A stretch of 42,432 bases of DNA from a virus (Duplodnaviria; Heunggongvirae; Uroviricota; Caudoviricetes): IMG/VR virus record IMGVR_UViG_3300025319_000008, positions 1 through 42,432 of that record. One strand, 5' to 3'. Shown here piece after piece: positions 17,394-26,231 of the stretch. The first letter of the stretch is position 1; every line of letters begins with the position of its first letter. Both the position numbers and the translations under genes were made by a program. The notes beneath the pieces are model-generated. The model saw nothing but the letters and a program-made list of their open reading frames with translations, was not told where the DNA came from and ran no database searches.

Positions 17394-17737
17394 ATCTTAT
17401 TAAAACAAATACTGCAACCAGATTAGTTTTGTTTGAAAAAACTCAACCTGATGAAAGGATGAAATTTTATAATTCAATAATAGAATCACAAGAAGATGGT
17501 CTATTAAATAATTATGCTATTGAAAGTTTGATTAAAATGACTATTAGTGAGGTTTGTAAAAAAAGAAATCTTATTGGCGGTTTTATAAATAAAGATACTT
17601 TTGGTAATTTAATTCATTCTGCTCTCGAATTTTCAATGAAACATTTCAATAAATATAGGGATGACAAAAACCCAGAAAAATGTTATAAATATTTTTTAAC
17701 CTTAATTAATCATAATATAAATGCTAACCTTCAGTAA
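17390..17737 (+). CDS. Hypothetical protein (RLVLFEK motif); weak resemblance to sigma region 2 / gp55-like proteins
   Basis: 115-aa ORF; the sigma resemblance is by eye only. Confidence 0.6.
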   Translation: MNLIKTNTATRLVLFEKTQPDERMKFYNSIIESQEDGLLNNYAIESLIKMTISEVCKKRNLIGGFINKDTFGNLIHSALEFSMKHFNKYRDDKNPEKCYKYFLTLINHNINANLQ

Positions 17738-18425
17738 TAAACCAATATTAGGAATGGTTCACCTTGCCGGTGATAATCCACACGAAAGAGCTTTAGAAGA
17801 AGCTGAAATGATGTTAAGCGAAGGAGTGGATGGTATCATCGTTGAAAACTATCATGGAAGTGTCGAGGATGTAAGACGTACATTGCTTCACCTGAAAGAT
17901 TGTGGTGGAATATTAGGATTAAATATATTACCAAATGAATTTGAATTAGCTTTCGAATTAGCACAAGAATTTAATGCCAGTTTCATTCAATTAGATTATG
18001 TTGCCGGTAAATATAACCGAGCGTCAACATTTGATATAGAAAGGTTTCTTAAAATAAAAGCAAGTCATTCTTCTGATATTAAAGTTCTTGGAGGGATTCA
18101 TCCTAAATATTACGAGCCAGTAAAAGGTTCTATTTTAAAAGATGATATTGAGGAAGGTATGACATTGGCAAGTGCAATAGTCGTTACCGGCTCCGGTACC
18201 GGTTCAGAAACTCCAATGCAGAAAATAAAGGAATTTAGAAACATTATGGGTGAATATCCGTTAATAATAGGAGCTGGTTTAAATCCTTCAAATGTAGTTG
18301 AACAATTATCAATTGCAGATGGTGGTATCGTAGGCAGTTGTTTTAAGCCCTATGGCAGAACACAAGAAAAAATTGAAAGAAGTCTTGTTAAAGAATTTAT
18401 GGATGAAGTTAAAAAAATAAGATAA
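17721..18425 (+). CDS. btpA: BtpA/SgcQ-family TIM-barrel protein
   Basis: GMVHL, GVDGIIVEN, GLNILPN, VVTGSGTG, IIGAGLN, DGGIVGS. Confidence 0.85.
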   Translation: MLTFSNKPILGMVHLAGDNPHERALEEAEMMLSEGVDGIIVENYHGSVEDVRRTLLHLKDCGGILGLNILPNEFELAFELAQEFNASFIQLDYVAGKYNRASTFDIERFLKIKASHSSDIKVLGGIHPKYYEPVKGSILKDDIEEGMTLASAIVVTGSGTGSETPMQKIKEFRNIMGEYPLIIGAGLNPSNVVEQLSIADGGIVGSCFKPYGRTQEKIERSLVKEFMDEVKKIR

Positions 18426-18427
18426 AT

Positions 18428-18811
18428 ATGACACGTATTAATTGTGGGATTTTGCCTATTGAACTAACAAATAAGCATTTAATTGCTGAACATAGAGAAA
18501 TTAAAAGAATTCCTAATTGTGTTTCAAAAGGTAGATTTAATTTGAAAAATCAACCTGAAAAATTCACATTAGGCACTGGACATGTAAAGTTTTTTTATGA
18601 TAAACTTGGTTATTTAAAAAAACGTTATGAGGAGCTTTATGTTGAATGCTTAAAACGTAATATTAATGTGCAATATTATGGTAATTCTTGGAATGATGTT
18701 CCTAAAGAAATGATGAATGATTATTGTCCAACAGATTCTGATAGAAAATTGATTAGACAACGAATTTTAGAAAAATTAACTAATAAAAAATTAGATAATG
18801 GCACTTTTTGA
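18428..18811 (+). CDS. denV: Pyrimidine-dimer DNA glycosylase (T4 endonuclease V-like)
   Basis: MTRIN (Thr2), HLIAEHREI, FTLGTGHVKFFYDKLGYLKKRY. Confidence 0.93.
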   Translation: MTRINCGILPIELTNKHLIAEHREIKRIPNCVSKGRFNLKNQPEKFTLGTGHVKFFYDKLGYLKKRYEELYVECLKRNINVQYYGNSWNDVPKEMMNDYCPTDSDRKLIRQRILEKLTNKKLDNGTF

Positions 18812-19055
18812 TATACGACCTGATACGCAATATGATGCTACGATGAAACGATGGAAAGACGCAGAGGATAATTTATCAATAGGAGATACGGTATTATATA
18901 ATACTATCTGGAGTTATAGACTTTATGGTAACAAAGGAATAATAACTGGAACAATAAAATCATTTTTAAATTGGCATACTGTAGAGGTTGTTACAGAAGA
19001 TGGTCATAAATGGGGTGTCAATGTTGACCTTGTTGATAAAATAGAAAAAAAATAA
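18798..19055 (+). CDS. Hypothetical protein, possible small SH3-like barrel
   Basis: 85-aa ORF; IGDTVLY...KGIITG...VEV pattern. Confidence 0.65.
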   Translation: MALFDIRPDTQYDATMKRWKDAEDNLSIGDTVLYNTIWSYRLYGNKGIITGTIKSFLNWHTVEVVTEDGHKWGVNVDLVDKIEKK

Positions 19056-19059
19056 TATT

Positions 19060-19379
19060 ATGAGCTGGTTTCAATTAGGTAACATAAACACGAAAGAGCG
19101 TAAAAAGATTAAAGGAATCTGGCTAAGAAAACGACCAGGATGTAATCTTGATGTTGAAGAAGCTATTAAAAAAGCAAAAATCTGAGGTTCACTGAGGTTG
19201 TGTGGAAAATTGAAATAGTTGAACTTAGAAAAAATAATCAGGTTTTATTGGAGGTTTGGGCTCAAAGTGCTTTTGATTCTATAGCTGGAAAGGAAAGACA
19301 TAATGTTTTTCATATACTGATTAATCAAAACCCAGAATGGATTTGTGAAGGTGATTTAGGAAAAGGATATAAAATGTAA
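19060..19379 (+). pseudogene. Hypothetical gene frameshifted at A5 (19176-19180)
   Basis: MSWFQLG...AIKKAK continues as NLRFTEVVWKIEIV...GKGYKM if one A is added; fills the gap exactly. Confidence 0.65.
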
Positions 19380-19382
19380 AAA

Positions 19383-19901
19383 ATGACAGAACCCGATGAT
19401 GAAAATAAGAGTTTAAATGAAGCTAATAAGATTTTTAAGAGCATGCCTAGTGTGTCTAATAAAACAAACAACGTATACTGTAGAAAAGTTTTAATTGAAA
19501 AATGTCGTAGAGGAAGAGAAATGTCTGAAAAGTTTTTAAGAAGAACGGACGTTTTTTATCCAGACATTCACAATACGCTTGATAGAAAAGAAACTCAAAT
19601 TGAACATGAATTAGTTTCAATATTTGAGAAATTACAAATACAAGCTTCAACAAAAACAGATAAACGCTCACTACCATATAACAATGTTATAGTTTCTCGT
19701 TTAATGCTTGAGACAGATGTTTCTGCTATGTTTGATTCAAAAAGAATATACAGAAAAATAATATCAGAATTACTTACTAAAGACATATACAGAATAAGAT
19801 TTTATATTCACATAGAAACTTACGAAGACAATTCAAATATGATGGCAAAAATACTTGGAATGTGTGGTTTAAAGTATTGTTTTAGATATTATGTTCCTTA
19901 A
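19383..19901 (+). CDS. Hypothetical protein (RKVLIEK motif)
   Basis: 172-aa ORF. Confidence 0.75.
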   Translation: MTEPDDENKSLNEANKIFKSMPSVSNKTNNVYCRKVLIEKCRRGREMSEKFLRRTDVFYPDIHNTLDRKETQIEHELVSIFEKLQIQASTKTDKRSLPYNNVIVSRLMLETDVSAMFDSKRIYRKIISELLTKDIYRIRFYIHIETYEDNSNMMAKILGMCGLKYCFRYYVP

Positions 19902-19912
19902 AAAAATAACAA

Positions 19913-20086
19913 ATGAAAAATAAAATTAGAATACCTCGCAAATTAAAGAAACAATTTCATTTTGAATTTAAATGCAAAGTATCATGTTTTTTAAATGACA
20001 TTCGTGAGCCAATTAGTAAGCATGGTAAATACGTATTTTTTGTTGGCTCATGCGAAATTCCTAAACCTAAACAAAATTATGCATAA
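19913..20086 (+). CDS. Small basic hypothetical protein, 57 aa, not in ORF track
   Basis: MKNKIRIPRKLKKQFHFEFKC...QNYA fills the intergenic gap. Confidence 0.55.
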   Translation: MKNKIRIPRKLKKQFHFEFKCKVSCFLNDIREPISKHGKYVFFVGSCEIPKPKQNYA

Positions 20087-20101
20087 ATGATAAATTTTTT
20101 C

Positions 20102-20109
20102 TATCTTTG
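20102..20109 (+). promoter_or_regulatory. Bacteroidota-type -7 box TATCTTTG
   Basis: TATCTTTGCA, 7 nt before the ATG at 20117. Confidence 0.65.
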
Positions 20110-20116
20110 CAAAACA

Positions 20117-20332
20117 ATGGACGAAATTTTCGAATTTAATTCTGATTCAACTCATGGCAATATTAAATTTAAAAAAATTACAACTACATCTCCAGAAACA
20201 TGGCAAATGTATAATCCGGATTTTAAAAAATGGGTCAAAGTTGAATACAGTACTGCTTTAAGTTATTTTAATCTTTTGATACAAAAAAGACAAGTTTTAA
20301 TTGAAAAAAAAGGAAATGGCACCAAAAAATAA
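20117..20332 (+). CDS. Hypothetical protein (C-terminal RQVLIEK); ORF track starts at 20087
   Basis: Start moved to the ATG downstream of the promoter box. Confidence 0.7.
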   Translation: MDEIFEFNSDSTHGNIKFKKITTTSPETWQMYNPDFKKWVKVEYSTALSYFNLLIQKRQVLIEKKGNGTKK

Positions 20333-20813
20333 AGTTAATCTCGAAATAGAAAGAAGATTTTTATTAAAAAACGTTCCAACTTTTGGAAAGAAAAGAAATT
20401 TTGAAATTTTTGACATATTTCAATTTTATTTTGATGTTAAAGGCAAACGTACCAGATTTAGAAGACTAACAGATATAAAAAATAAGGATACTTATTTTTC
20501 TACAAAGAAGAAATTCATTTCTAAAGGCACATATGAAGAAATAGAAATTGAAATCCCAGAAAAAACATTTTGGAAAAGATTCAGAGAAACAAAAAACAGA
20601 AAAGGAATAAATAAAACAAGATTTGTTTATAAATATAAGGGTCTTAAATTTGAAATAGACAGATTTAAGAATATGCATCTTGTAGTTATGGAAATTGAGC
20701 TTAAAAATATAAATCAAAAAATAAACTTCCCAGATTTCATTAAAGAAGAAATAATCTTAGAAGTCACTGAGCTTAGAGAATTGGGTAATTATAGTTTGTC
20801 TGGGAAGTGTTAG
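20301..20813 (+). CDS. CYTH / triphosphate tunnel metalloenzyme (likely start ATG 20316)
   Basis: LEIERRFLL, KTRF, FEIDRF, VMEIEL, EVT...NYSL. Confidence 0.88.
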   Translation: MKKKEMAPKNKVNLEIERRFLLKNVPTFGKKRNFEIFDIFQFYFDVKGKRTRFRRLTDIKNKDTYFSTKKKFISKGTYEEIEIEIPEKTFWKRFRETKNRKGINKTRFVYKYKGLKFEIDRFKNMHLVVMEIELKNINQKINFPDFIKEEIILEVTELRELGNYSLSGKC

Positions 20814-20842
20814 TTTGTTAGAAAAATCAGAAAAAATAAAAA

Positions 20843-22192
20843 TTGAAAATGCTTAATAAAAATCCAAAATGGTTTTTTGTAGATTTGTTCGCAGGAGCAG
20901 GAGGTACCACGTCCGGCATTCACATGACTGATGATATTGCAGAAGTGGTTTATTGTATAAATCATGATAAAAATGCGATAGCTTCTCATTATGCTAATTA
21001 TCCAGATTGCGTTCATACAACAGAAGATATTAGAACTGCAGCTTTACAACCTATTGTTGATTTAGTAAAAAAACTAAGAAAAGAAAACCTTGGATGTAAA
21101 ATTTGTTTATGGGCATCGTTGGAGTGCACTAATTTTACAAAAGCCAAAGGATGGTTAAGTAAAAACGCTGATAGCAGAACTTTGGCTGAGCATTTATTCA
21201 GATATTTTGCAATAGATTTTGATATGATTTGGATTGAAAATGTAAGAGAATTTTTGCATTGGGGACCGGTTCGTATTAAATCTAAAGAACATAAAGACTA
21301 TAGCGAATTATTATTGAAACCAAAAACAAAAAAGAATCCAGAAGATGCTTATTGGTTTGTTCCGGATAAAAGATTTTTAAGTGTTGATTACAATAATTGG
21401 GTAAATAACATTAAGTCATATGGCTATGATTATGATTATAAAATTTTAAATGCTGCAGATTATGGATGTGAAACTTTTAGAAAAAGACTTTTTATTCAAT
21501 TCGTGAAATCCGGCACAAAAATTTCATGGCCGTCTCCAACGCATGATAAATTACAAAAAAGTGGTTTAAAAAAATGGGAATCAGTAAGACCTTTATTAAA
21601 TTTAAGTGAATTTGGTGGAAGTATTTTTGAAAGAAAAAAAGAACTATCTTTAAAATCTATCGAAAGAATTTATAAAGGAATTGTTAAATTTGGAACCAAA
21701 AAAGATTCACAGTTTATGTTGTCGGAATATTCCAGTAGTCATAGTAATTCATTAAAATCTCCAAGTCCAGCTTTAACAGCTAATCCAAAACAAAAAATCG
21801 TAACTGTTAAATTTGATAATGAACATTTTATAATGAATACTAATTTTAATAATGTTGGAAGTTCTATAGATGATGTAGCACCTACAATGCTGGCTTGTCG
21901 TAAAAGACATTATTTAATAACATCTGAAAAAAATATCACAAATCATTCTTTAATCAAAGACGATGATAATGAAATTGTTAAAAAGTTAAAGTTACACATG
22001 CAACAAAATAATATTTCTGACATTAAAATGAGAGGACTTTATATAGAAGAAATGTTGAAAATAATGGGGTTTCCGGATAATTACATTTTAATAGGAACAA
22101 AAACAGAACAGAAAAAATATATAGGCAATGCAGTTCCATGTAAACAGGTTAAAAAATTAATTGAGCATAGCTATTATGCTAATGTTGCATAA
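20843..22192 (+). CDS. C5-cytosine DNA methyltransferase
   Basis: VDLFAGAGG, ASLECTNF (catalytic Cys), IENV, LNAADYG...RKRLF, IGNAVP. Confidence 0.92.
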   Translation: MKMLNKNPKWFFVDLFAGAGGTTSGIHMTDDIAEVVYCINHDKNAIASHYANYPDCVHTTEDIRTAALQPIVDLVKKLRKENLGCKICLWASLECTNFTKAKGWLSKNADSRTLAEHLFRYFAIDFDMIWIENVREFLHWGPVRIKSKEHKDYSELLLKPKTKKNPEDAYWFVPDKRFLSVDYNNWVNNIKSYGYDYDYKILNAADYGCETFRKRLFIQFVKSGTKISWPSPTHDKLQKSGLKKWESVRPLLNLSEFGGSIFERKKELSLKSIERIYKGIVKFGTKKDSQFMLSEYSSSHSNSLKSPSPALTANPKQKIVTVKFDNEHFIMNTNFNNVGSSIDDVAPTMLACRKRHYLITSEKNITNHSLIKDDDNEIVKKLKLHMQQNNISDIKMRGLYIEEMLKIMGFPDNYILIGTKTEQKKYIGNAVPCKQVKKLIEHSYYANVA

Positions 22193-22196
22193 TAAT

Positions 22197-22538
22197 ATGG
22201 GAAAAGAAGAAAAAATTCACAAATCGAAATTTAGAAAACAACTTAATGAGTTTCTTGAAAATTCGGCTAAAGAAATAATTGAAACAAAAGAAGCTGGTTC
22301 CATTATCATAAAGCATGTGAAGGGTAATAAATTAACTCCAGAAGAAAAAATACTGATAAGAATTCAAACTTATGATGTTCTTAAATCAATAGGCATAATT
22401 GTTCCTTTTGTTTTTATTCCAGGAGCTTCAATTTTAATTGCCGCCATAGTAACTGTTGCTAACAAAAAAGGTATTAATATTTTACCAAGTTCATTTTCTA
22501 CAATAAAAGAGAAACAAAATGATGAAACAATCGTTTAA
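22197..22538 (+). CDS. Small membrane protein, LETM1-like C-terminal pattern
   Basis: DVLKSIGIIVPFVFIPGASILI...ILPSSF hydrophobic hairpin; start moved to 22197, after the MTase stop. Confidence 0.55.
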   Translation: MGKEEKIHKSKFRKQLNEFLENSAKEIIETKEAGSIIIKHVKGNKLTPEEKILIRIQTYDVLKSIGIIVPFVFIPGASILIAAIVTVANKKGINILPSSFSTIKEKQNDETIV

Positions 22539-22576
22539 ACAAATAAATCGACTAAAAATCAATTAAAAACAACATC

Positions 22577-25060
22577 ATGAAATTACTTGAAAAACCGCTA
22601 AAAGTCACACCGAGAGGTATGCATGGAGAATATAATGCAATCATTAAATCTTATGAGGCTTATCCAGCTATAAATTTACCAAACGGACTTTTTAAAGAAT
22701 CAATACAAAACTCAACTGGAGCTTCAAAGCATAAAAATGGTTTAACAACTATGGTTTTCCAGAATGTTATTAAGGGTGGTAAAAAATGCTTATCAATAAC
22801 AGATACTAATACAGTTGGATTAACTGGTAAAGTAACCAATTTAGATGAGATAGAAAAACTTGTTGAAAAATACGGAGACAAGGTAAATGAAAAAATTGAA
22901 AAGACTGAAAACTATGCGAGATTTCTTGCAGACAATTTAACACATATTGGAGATGCAAAATTTGGAGCAGGGGCCAATGGTAAAGGTAAAATGTTATATC
23001 AAGCTTGTTCTGTGAATAGAACTATTTATGTTTTTACGATAATAGAAGTGAATGGAAAATTAGAATGCAGAGCATTTGAAAAAAATTTAGGAAAACAATC
23101 TGTTGAACCATATGAAGGAAAAGAAGCAGAAGAGTTTTTTAAAAAGAAAACCGGTAATAGGGTTTCTTTAATAAATACTACTGGTACAATGATTTTTATA
23201 GAAAATGTCAATGAAGAAGTTTGGAATTCTATAGAAAATTCTTTTTCTATTTTATCTGAACAAACAATAAAAAATTCTGCAAATTGTATTATTCAATTTG
23301 ATTGGCACCTAAAATTAGGCTCTGGAACTTTATTTATAGATTTAATAAACTCTAAAGAAGAAATTAAAAGAGTGAAATTAGAAGGTGTATTTGAGGAAAT
23401 TGAAAATGCTTTAAGTGGCAGAAGTGGCAAAAATGAAGGTGTGGAAAAAGAAACATACACTGGTGAAATTAATCACTACAACAAGAAAGGAATTGTGAAC
23501 GTAACTTTTATTAAACTTTCACAAACAATAAACAATGGAGATATTATGGATGTTTTTGCATATAGAAAAGGTATGCGAATTGGCAAATTCGGTTCAGGGA
23601 GGTTTTTAAATTTCCCAGAAGAATTAAGGGGCAAAATTCTTGCAATTGTAACCTTTGATGAAGAAGCTGATAAAATGGTTATAGGTGCAGAAAACTCCAA
23701 TCACTATGGTTTTAGTACAGAAAAAATAGTTATATCAAAATCCATGAGTCATGTTGAAAATTTTGAACAAAAATTTTTAAAATTAATTGGATTTGAAAGG
23801 AAATCAGAAAATATAATAAGTACAGATATCAAAAATATGATTATGGATATGATATCTGAAAGATTAAATGGTAGAGATAAAGTTTCGGGTAAAGAAGAAA
23901 ATATATTATCTCCATATTCTTTAACATTACCATCTTTAAAAACTACAAGTGGGAATGACAGAGTTGATAGAGGTGATAACATTGACTTGAAAACCATTAT
24001 TACAAATGACAGTAATGCAGATAAAGATGTTTTCATTAGGTTAAAAGCAGAATGGAAAACAGATGCCGGAGACATTGATTTTTCCACTCTTTATACTAGT
24101 AAAAAATTAACAGTCAAATCAAAAAGTAGTTTACCTTGGGATTTTGATATTTGTTTTATTGTTGAAATGCCAGCCGGTAAATTTCAACTCAAAGCAGAGT
24201 TGATTGATGACTCTAATAAACAGCCTCTTAATGCTGTTGGTTACAGAACATTATTTTATAATATGGATGTTCCTAAAACATATAAGAGGCCACCACATTT
24301 AGTTGAAATTGCAGGAGAGATAAAATTTCCAAACAAATCAACATTAAGAGTTGAAAAAGGTCAAGAAATTAAAAACGTAAAATTTAAATTAAAAAATAAA
24401 ACTCACAATAAATTGGAATTAAAAATAACGTTTTCATTATTAGATTGTGATGACGTTGAAATTTTTATGTCTAAACAAAAAAATATTATTTTAAATTCTT
24501 TAGGAGAGGATAGTTGGAGTGTTGGTTCAATAAAAATAGATGAAAAATTTGATTACATTTTTATAAAAGACTTCAAAAGAGAAGATAGAACTTGTAAAAT
24601 AGTTGTCAATGTAGAGACTGCTAAGCCTTGTTTAAAGTTACAGATAGACGAATCTGAAAATTTAAATTGTTTTAGAAAATCTTTTTATTGTGGAATTGAT
24701 TCTGATTCTAAAAATAAGTTTTCAGATTTCCTACCATCAGATTTCAAAACACTTGGAACAAGGAAGTCAGGAGTATTGGAAAATCCTGACGGTAGTTATA
24801 CGCTTCTGTATAACAATTCACATTCATCTACTAAAATAATACAATCAAAAAGTAAACAATATAAAGATGGTTCTATATTTGCTTTTTATATTGCTGAGTT
24901 AGCATTTGAAGAGGTTGCCATTATGTCAAAAGTGGCTAATGATTTCATAGGAGAATATCATGGCTACGGCGCTAGGTTTGAAAATGCCGGAAATGACCCA
25001 AATGAAATAGTCAAAACAATGAAGGACTATAGAGATGAATTAAGTTTTGGTTCTAAATAA
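22577..25060 (+). CDS. GHKL (MORC/Hsp90-like) ATPase with C-terminal beta-sandwich domains, 827 aa
   Basis: KESIQNSTGA (N-box), ITDTNTVGLTG (G1), GAGANGKGK (G2). Two Ig-like segments begin RVDRGDNI and RVEKGQEI. Confidence 0.6.
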   Translation: MKLLEKPLKVTPRGMHGEYNAIIKSYEAYPAINLPNGLFKESIQNSTGASKHKNGLTTMVFQNVIKGGKKCLSITDTNTVGLTGKVTNLDEIEKLVEKYGDKVNEKIEKTENYARFLADNLTHIGDAKFGAGANGKGKMLYQACSVNRTIYVFTIIEVNGKLECRAFEKNLGKQSVEPYEGKEAEEFFKKKTGNRVSLINTTGTMIFIENVNEEVWNSIENSFSILSEQTIKNSANCIIQFDWHLKLGSGTLFIDLINSKEEIKRVKLEGVFEEIENALSGRSGKNEGVEKETYTGEINHYNKKGIVNVTFIKLSQTINNGDIMDVFAYRKGMRIGKFGSGRFLNFPEELRGKILAIVTFDEEADKMVIGAENSNHYGFSTEKIVISKSMSHVENFEQKFLKLIGFERKSENIISTDIKNMIMDMISERLNGRDKVSGKEENILSPYSLTLPSLKTTSGNDRVDRGDNIDLKTIITNDSNADKDVFIRLKAEWKTDAGDIDFSTLYTSKKLTVKSKSSLPWDFDICFIVEMPAGKFQLKAELIDDSNKQPLNAVGYRTLFYNMDVPKTYKRPPHLVEIAGEIKFPNKSTLRVEKGQEIKNVKFKLKNKTHNKLELKITFSLLDCDDVEIFMSKQKNIILNSLGEDSWSVGSIKIDEKFDYIFIKDFKREDRTCKIVVNVETAKPCLKLQIDESENLNCFRKSFYCGIDSDSKNKFSDFLPSDFKTLGTRKSGVLENPDGSYTLLYNNSHSSTKIIQSKSKQYKDGSIFAFYIAELAFEEVAIMSKVANDFIGEYHGYGARFENAGNDPNEIVKTMKDYRDELSFGSK

Positions 25061-25068
25061 ATAATTAT

Positions 25069-25839
25069 ATGACAATTGTAGAATCTAAAATACAAGGCAT
25101 TAAAATTTATAAGTCTACAAATGGACTTATGATTACAGAAAACGATATGGCTTATGCTGACCAGATAGATTTATTTGTGAAAGAAAGTGTTGATAAATTT
25201 AAGGAAAAGTATCCGACCAAACCAAAACAGAATATGGTGTTTTATAAGGATATGGGTAATATGATTATCAACACAATAAAAAAATTCTCAATTCCTGATA
25301 TAGCGGTTGTTTGGTTAATTGCAAATTTTAGAACTCATATAGGAGACCTTGTTTCAACTAACTTAAAAAGGAGAGATAATGTTTCATATTCTTACAGAAT
25401 AGCAAGCATGCCTGGATTTGATACTAATTATTCAAATATTACAGTAATGTTTGAGGCGGCTAATTATATGAATTCAGATGAAAGATTTTTAAGTTGGTTT
25501 GAACAAAAAATAAAAACCTCAAAGTCAAAAAACAGGAATTATTTACGTATTTTTTTTAAAGTCTGCCAACAACTGTTGGGAAATAAAAATATTGAGTCTA
25601 TTCCGGATTATAATTTTACTTTTATATTAGATATGTGTTATGAAATATCTGGTGTTATGATAGATAAAAAAATAGATGTCTCTAGAGAAAATTTTAAATT
25701 GGTTTTCTCTAAATATAAAAAGGAATATATTTTAATACAAAACAATATTAATCGCAAAGATGAGTTTGTTAATTTGATTATTGGTGAAATGATTAATTAT
25801 AATAAAAACTATGGAAATCAAAATGAAAGCAACAACTAA
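25069..25839 (+). CDS. Hypothetical protein, 256 aa
   Basis: Long ORF 8 nt after the GHKL gene; no motif recognised. Confidence 0.75.
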   Translation: MTIVESKIQGIKIYKSTNGLMITENDMAYADQIDLFVKESVDKFKEKYPTKPKQNMVFYKDMGNMIINTIKKFSIPDIAVVWLIANFRTHIGDLVSTNLKRRDNVSYSYRIASMPGFDTNYSNITVMFEAANYMNSDERFLSWFEQKIKTSKSKNRNYLRIFFKVCQQLLGNKNIESIPDYNFTFILDMCYEISGVMIDKKIDVSRENFKLVFSKYKKEYILIQNNINRKDEFVNLIIGEMINYNKNYGNQNESNN

Positions 25840-26227
25840 AATAGCACTTGAAGATGAAATTTCAAGAGCAATAATGGCAGAAAATGGATGTACTGCACAT
25901 TTTGAATATAAAAGCGAAATGGATATTGATGAACTTCCTCGAATTATTAATGTAATGACTTACAATCCGAAAACAAGAGAAACTTTTTTGTTAAAAGAAG
26001 TCACTTCAAACAGTGATGAAGAAGGTTTGATGAAAATTTCTGAATATGTAAAAAATCATAAGTTGATTACGATTCTTATACTATTGTCTGGACAAAAAAG
26101 TGAAGTAAGTCAATCTTGTTCTCATTTTTATTACCAAGATGCTTTGGAGGTATTGGAAAAGTTTTTCTTTAACAAACAACGTGAAGATTATGTAATTTAT
26201 AGTTTATCAATGAATCCTAAAGCTTAA
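25823..26227 (+). CDS. Hypothetical protein (ORF track starts at 25811)
   Basis: ORF overlapping the upstream stop. Confidence 0.7.
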   Translation: MKATTKIALEDEISRAIMAENGCTAHFEYKSEMDIDELPRIINVMTYNPKTRETFLLKEVTSNSDEEGLMKISEYVKNHKLITILILLSGQKSEVSQSCSHFYYQDALEVLEKFFFNKQREDYVIYSLSMNPKA

Positions 26228-26231
26228 TATT

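Noticed and set aside
19182-19199. Short direct repeat ctgaggtt x2
   Set aside because: Only 8 bp, two copies, inside a probable coding frame; no other support.
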